From positions 736,001 to 800,000 of the forward strand of contig CAWCLO010000004.1 of NCBI GenBank assembly GCA_963796455.1: a stretch of 64,000 bases of DNA, written 5' to 3'. The position numbers and the translations under genes were made by a program. This document shows positions 59,452 through 64,000 of this stretch, piece by piece. Position 1 is the first letter of the stretch; each line of letters starts with the position of its first letter. A model generated the notes under the pieces. That model was not told where the DNA came from and made no database searches. It saw only the letters and a list, made by a program, of their open reading frames with translations. The DNA comes from Candidatus Sulfomarinibacteraceae bacterium. GTDB lineage: Bacteria > Acidobacteriota > Thermoanaerobaculia > Thermoanaerobaculales > Sulfomarinibacteraceae.

Positions 59452-59994
59452 ATGTCGATCTTCGATTTCCTGGGATTGAGTTCCAAAGCGGAGGCGTCAC
59501 CGTCGACTCAGGAGTCGTCGGCCGTCAACGACATCGTCGACCGTCTCCACCACCTCGACCCCGATCGAGCACGTTGGGTCGCCGCCTTTGCAATGGTGAT
59601 GGCACGGGCCGCCCGCGCCGATTTTGAAATAAGCGGCGACGAATTCCGGACCATGGAGACGATCCTGCAGGAGCACGGTGGGCTCGACGCCGAACAGAGC
59701 ACCCTGGCCGCCGAGATGGCGGCACATCGCAATCAGTTGTTGGGAGCCAGTGAGGACTATCTGGCGACCCGCGAGTTTCGCCGGCTTGCGGCGGAGGGTG
59801 ACAGCCAACGCCTGCTTCACTGCCTTTTTGCGGTCGGCGCTGCGGACGACAGGCTCTCCATCGTCGAAGAGGAAGAAATCCGCCAGGTGGCCAACGAGTT
59901 GGGGATCGACCACGCCGAGTTCAATGCCATTCGTGCGCGCTTCCGTGACAAGCGAGAGGTGCTCAAAGGGATGGGCCGAAAGACCGAGGGCTGA
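59452..59994 (+). CDS. TerB-like (tellurite resistance / DjlA N-terminal) protein
   Basis: AAGGAG RBS; RAARAD.EIS..E, LLHCLFAVGAAD...S..EEEEIRQVANELG. Confidence 0.8.
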   Translation: MSIFDFLGLSSKAEASPSTQESSAVNDIVDRLHHLDPDRARWVAAFAMVMARAARADFEISGDEFRTMETILQEHGGLDAEQSTLAAEMAAHRNQLLGASEDYLATREFRRLAAEGDSQRLLHCLFAVGAADDRLSIVEEEEIRQVANELGIDHAEFNAIRARFRDKREVLKGMGRKTEG

Positions 59995-60007
59995 AAAACG
60001 ATTCGGC

Positions 60008-60994
60008 CTACTCCCGCGGAGCACGCTCCTCGGGAGATTCGACCTCGCTTCGTTCCGGGAGAAGAAAGACCAACCCGGCAGCCAGGGATGCGACGTAGAT
60101 CCAGGCCAGACCCGCCAAGGCCAGGGTCGTGGCCTGATCGGCTGGGAGCCCCATTTCGGTGAAAAACGCCGCCAGAGTGATCTCCCGCGTTCCCAGACCG
60201 CTGATCGAGATCGGGAGGGTGCAAGCCAGGTTGTACAACGGCAGAAAGACGAGCAGCTCACCCAGATTGATCTTGATACCGAGCCCAGAAGCCAGGGTGA
60301 AGATCGCCACCGCCACGCTCGCCTTCATCAGAACCGAGTAAAACACCATCGCCGCGAGCAACCCGGGACGCGACACGAACTCCCGTAACGAGGCCGAGAG
60401 ATCCGCGATCATTTTTCCGGCTCGCCGCCAACCGACGGCCCTGGATATTCGCTGACACAGATGGGAAACGCGAGAATTGGCGGCAATCAGAAATGCCGCC
60501 ACAAAAACCACGAACATCAGGACCACTGCTGCTGCCAGACCCGGATGGCGGCTGCCGAAGTCGGTCACGATGAGAGCTGGAATCGCGAGCACGAATGTGC
60601 CGAGAAAACCGCAATAGCGTTCGATGGCGATGATCCCGGTAGATTTGAGCACACCGGCCGTTTCGTTCTTCGTCCCATAAACCCGAACTACGTCTCCTCC
60701 GATCGCGCTCGGTAGGAAAAGATTGACGAAATAACCGGCGATGACCAGACGAAGCAGACGGGGCAAACCGATTTCGACGTCCAGAGTCTGCAGCGCCAGC
60801 TGCCAGCGCAATGTGTGCGCGACAGCTGTTCCGAACCAGGCGAGTGAGGTGATGAGGAAGACCCAGGGCGGTATCTGTTTGAACCGGGCGAGTACCTCGC
60901 CGAGATCGACGAAACGTGCAAGGACCGCCACCAGGGCCACCCCGACCGCGAGCCTGAGGATCGACCGCATCCAGAATCTTCCCGTGAACCTCAT
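60008..60994 (-). CDS. Lysylphosphatidylglycerol-synthase TM / flippase-like (YbhN/AglD2) membrane protein
   Basis: RW..L, GYFVNLFLPSAIGGDVVR, ER..G, LPISISGLGTRE; ATGA overlap with the upstream glycosyltransferase. Confidence 0.85.
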   Translation of the reverse strand: MRFTGRFWMRSILRLAVGVALVAVLARFVDLGEVLARFKQIPPWVFLITSLAWFGTAVAHTLRWQLALQTLDVEIGLPRLLRLVIAGYFVNLFLPSAIGGDVVRVYGTKNETAGVLKSTGIIAIERYCGFLGTFVLAIPALIVTDFGSRHPGLAAAVVLMFVVFVAAFLIAANSRVSHLCQRISRAVGWRRAGKMIADLSASLREFVSRPGLLAAMVFYSVLMKASVAVAIFTLASGLGIKINLGELLVFLPLYNLACTLPISISGLGTREITLAAFFTEMGLPADQATTLALAGLAWIYVASLAAGLVFLLPERSEVESPEERAPRE

Positions 60995-62178
60995 GGATTC
61001 TGCTGCTCCTGAGAGGCGTGCGTGCCGGTCGCCGCGGCCACTGCCTGGCGAAGCCGTTTGCTGAAGATCTCTTCGGAAGTGATCGAAGCCACCCTTTCCC
61101 GAGCCCTCCGGACAAGATCTGCGGACTGCGACTCGTCGCCGGCCGCCCACCGCATTCCCTCAACCAACCCATCTTCAGTCGCTTCAACCAGAATCGAGCA
61201 GTCCTCGTCGAGCACCTGGGTATGGGTTGTCAGCCGCGTCGCTACGATTGGGCTGCCGGAGTGCATGTAGTCGTAGATCTTCATCGGTGTGTTGGAGCCG
61301 GAAACCCTCGGAGCGACGACCACATCGGCGATTCGATAAAGACCCGGAAGGTCGTGCGGATCGATCGTTCCGAGAAAACTCACATTGGGGCTTCGGGCCG
61401 CCATTTTTTCGACCTCGTCGGGTCGCCCGCCGGCGATCACCAATGACCCGTCGAGGCCTTCCCGGCGCAGGCGGGCAAATGCCGCCACCAGGAGATCGAC
61501 GCCCTGGTGGGATCCGAGATTTCCCACATAGAGGAAAACCGGGGGTAGCAGCGGGAGAGTTTCATCCCACGGAAAAGGAGGTGCTGACCGGATCTTTTCC
61601 GCCGTGACCAGGGGAAGATCGGGAACCGTGATGACGCACTTTTGCGGCGAGATCGCCGCCACCCGTTCGGCGTATGCCCGGCACTGCACAACCACGACCG
61701 CGGCGACCCCCACACATCGCGTCTCGGCGAAGTGACCCAAACCCACCAGTCTCCTGAACCGGGGGTTGAGTTCGAATTGTTCGCCGATGCTGGCGTCCAT
61801 GTCGTAGATCACGGGGCAGGGCAGGAGCCATGCGAGCAGCCAACACAAAAACGCGGACTCATCGAGGGCGAATACCATGTCGTAGGTCTTGCCGATTCGC
61901 AATCGTCCGGCCAGGAGACGCCAAAGAAGCTGCAGGAAAATGGCGCTGTCGAGTGCGGCCTTTCCGAGGCTGGCCCCAAACGAGACCTTGCGAATCGGCA
62001 ACCATCTGCCGCAGCGGATGATCTTCAGCCCGGGCATTTCTCTGTCCTGGCCGAAGGGAAAGGTCAGAAGATCGATCTGATGGCCGTCATTGGTCAAGTG
62101 TTCGATGGTGTCACGGGTCACGAGCGGTGCGCCGCGAACGCTGAAAAACGGTGTTGGTGCCAGATAGAGGATGTTCAT
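60991..62178 (-). CDS. Glycosyltransferase family 4
   Basis: MNILYLAP.PFF..RG, YVGNL...QGVDLL, PR.SG.NTPMKIYDYM.SG.PIVAT...HTQVL. Confidence 0.88.
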   Translation of the reverse strand: MNILYLAPTPFFSVRGAPLVTRDTIEHLTNDGHQIDLLTFPFGQDREMPGLKIIRCGRWLPIRKVSFGASLGKAALDSAIFLQLLWRLLAGRLRIGKTYDMVFALDESAFLCWLLAWLLPCPVIYDMDASIGEQFELNPRFRRLVGLGHFAETRCVGVAAVVVVQCRAYAERVAAISPQKCVITVPDLPLVTAEKIRSAPPFPWDETLPLLPPVFLYVGNLGSHQGVDLLVAAFARLRREGLDGSLVIAGGRPDEVEKMAARSPNVSFLGTIDPHDLPGLYRIADVVVAPRVSGSNTPMKIYDYMHSGSPIVATRLTTHTQVLDEDCSILVEATEDGLVEGMRWAAGDESQSADLVRRARERVASITSEEIFSKRLRQAVAAATGTHASQEQQNP

Positions 62179-62297
62179 TGTTGTTGCTATCACTCGCGGC
62201 CGGTATCTCGATCATGCCCCATTCCAGCCGCCCGTACAAGCCGTGCCGCATCGTGAGACAATGGACCTCCGGCTAAGCCCACACCCTTGGAGGGGAA

Positions 62298-63197
62298 TTG
62301 CAGAAGAGACGCGCCGAAGACCTCCCGCCGCCGATCACCGTCGTGGTTCCGTGCTTCAACGAGAAGGATGCGATCCAATCAATCCTTTCCAGGTTGGAAG
62401 TCATCGTCCGCGATATCGGTGGAGAAATCGTCGCGGTGGATGACGGTTCGACCGATGGGACCGCTGCGATTCTCGACGAGATCGAAGGCCAGGCCAGCAA
62501 CGAAGATGGCGTGATCCGGGTGATCCATCATCGGCGCAATCAGGGCTACGGTGCAGCTATCAAGAGCGGTGTCAGGAGAGCCCGGTTTCAGTGGATCGTG
62601 ATCACCGACGCCGACGGGACCTATCCCAATGACCGGATTTACGATCTGGTCAAAGAGGCGACGGATGCCGACATGGCGGTGGGCGCCCGGACTGAGGGGG
62701 ATGGCGGTCAACCCTGGCTGCGGAGGTTTGCAAAATCTATTCTCAGAGCTCATTGCTCATGGCTGGTGGGCGAGCCGATTCCGGATATGAACTCTGGTCT
62801 CCGGATCTTCCGCAAGACCATTTTTGAACAATTCGCAAAAATCCTTCCCGATGGTTTCTCGCTGACCACGACCATCACGGTGGCCATGATGAGGAGCCGG
62901 TACCGGGTCGTTTTCATACCCATCGATTACGCCGAGCGCGTCGGTAGTTCGAAGATCCGGCCGATCAGAGACAGTGTCGGCTTCTTCCAGTTGATCATCC
63001 GGACCGGGATGTACTTCGCCCCGCTTCGGGTTCTTCTTCCGGTCGCCACCGTGCTTTTTCTACTTTTCGCGGGGAGTCTCGGCTACGACGTCTTTGTACT
63101 TCAGAATCTGACGGACAAGACCATCCTGCTTTTTTTGTTCACCGTCAACACGATTCTTTTCGGCATGCTGGCCGACATGATCGACAAACGAAGTTAG
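62298..63197 (+). CDS. Glycosyltransferase family 2 (polyprenol-phosphate glycosyltransferase-like)
   Basis: VVVPCFNE, VDDGSTDGT, NQGYGAA, TDADGTY, D.NSGLR, R.G.SK, two C-terminal TM helices. Confidence 0.9.
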   Translation: MQKRRAEDLPPPITVVVPCFNEKDAIQSILSRLEVIVRDIGGEIVAVDDGSTDGTAAILDEIEGQASNEDGVIRVIHHRRNQGYGAAIKSGVRRARFQWIVITDADGTYPNDRIYDLVKEATDADMAVGARTEGDGGQPWLRRFAKSILRAHCSWLVGEPIPDMNSGLRIFRKTIFEQFAKILPDGFSLTTTITVAMMRSRYRVVFIPIDYAERVGSSKIRPIRDSVGFFQLIIRTGMYFAPLRVLLPVATVLFLLFAGSLGYDVFVLQNLTDKTILLFLFTVNTILFGMLADMIDKRS

Positions 63198-63200
63198 CGA

Positions 63201-64000
63201 CTATTCCTTCACCAGCGATCTGATCTCCCACCAACGTCCGTCGGCAAACGGCCGGGTGTGATCGGCAAGAAACCGATCGAGCCGCTGACGGGCCTCCTCG
63301 GTCGGACATTCGAGATACTCCGCACGACCGCCGGCCTCAGCGAGGCGGGTCGCTTCTGCCTGGTTCCACAGAATATGGGTGACGCCAAGACCCTCGAGGT
63401 GCTCCGCGATCTGTTGCGATGTCTCCGAATTTTGCGCCAGCGTTACCAGAAGCGGTTCACGAAAACCGTCTTCAACGATCACATCGCGATCGATGCCGTA
63501 GGCCCTCGGTTCGCCCACCAACAGGACCTTGGCCGCGGCAGGAAGTTGTTCGTTGGCTGCGAGATTCGGCTCATAGGAGGTGACGCGGAGCGATAGAAAC
63601 TCCTGTTCGTCGCGAACCCCGAAGGCGCACTCGAGCTGGCTTTGCAGGTACTCGGCACGATAGGGGCTGCAGTTTGCAATCAGGAGCACATAGAGAGCAA
63701 TCGAAAAGACACCCCGACTGACGCGGTTGAGTTGGGGGATGAGGTCATTCCACGCCGCACCCACGAGGGCGCTCAGCACTGCCAGAGTCGGAACGAGGTA
63801 GCGGCCCAGGGTCGGGCCGATCGCCCAGAAGAAAAGGCTCAAGACGAAGACCCCGAAAACCGCCCAGACCCGCGGCTCTCTGTGCCTCCTCCAGACCCAG
63901 AAGAGAGCCAACGGCAGCAGCCACAGATGGATCGGACCGATGTCCCCGGCGTGCCCGCGGCGGGAAAAGGTCCCGAGCGAAAGCCCCTGGTTGATTTTCT
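63201..64000 (-). CDS. C-terminal part of a polytopic membrane protein (possibly GT-C-like), truncated by the window edge
   Basis: Hydrophobic segments with RYLVP, followed by a periplasmic tail (KVLLVGEPR, GVTHIL); lies in a glycosyltransferase neighbourhood. Confidence 0.6.
   Translation of the reverse strand, partial: KINQGLSLGTFSRRGHAGDIGPIHLWLLPLALFWVWRRHREPRVWAVFGVFVLSLFFWAIGPTLGRYLVPTLAVLSALVGAAWNDLIPQLNRVSRGVFSIALYVLLIANCSPYRAEYLQSQLECAFGVRDEQEFLSLRVTSYEPNLAANEQLPAAAKVLLVGEPRAYGIDRDVIVEDGFREPLLVTLAQNSETSQQIAEHLEGLGVTHILWNQAEATRLAEAGGRAEYLECPTEEARQRLDRFLADHTRPFADGRWWEIRSLVKE

Overview
GC-rich bacterial chromosomal window. Thermoanaerobaculia-like Acidobacteriota is an inference from the C-terminal F-x-DGFESG-x4-W motifs, the Oar-type TonB receptor and the FHA-sigma54 activator. 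Gene content from left to right: kynureninase and amino-acid catabolism genes; Mn-SOD; a purine-catabolism region (ssnA-like, allantoinase-like, ygfK, a selenium-dependent-type single-chain Xdh, xdhC, and xdhAB with a frameshift in xdhB) interleaved with two c-di-GMP enzymes; two secreted proteins and a sirtuin around an FHA-sigma54 activator; an apparent cyanophycin-utilisation locus (YfcC transporter, RpiR regulator, TonB-dependent receptor, secreted cyanophycinase, M20 peptidase); a MacAB-like ABC system; an imuA-imuB-dnaE2 mutasome cassette; blaI/blaR-TonB; and glycosyltransferases. The most striking non-gene signal is a 0.8-1 kb composite, nested-palindromic non-coding element in four same-orientation copies. 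Three copies flank or separate the imuA-imuB-dnaE2 genes and one lies between xdhB and xdhC. Heptamer-repeat insertions also sit inside imuA, imuB and dnaE2, and the dnaE2 one coincides with a +1 frameshift. A candidate sigma54-dependent structured sRNA lies convergent with the FHA activator gene. All calls come from motif recognition by eye; no database searches were run.
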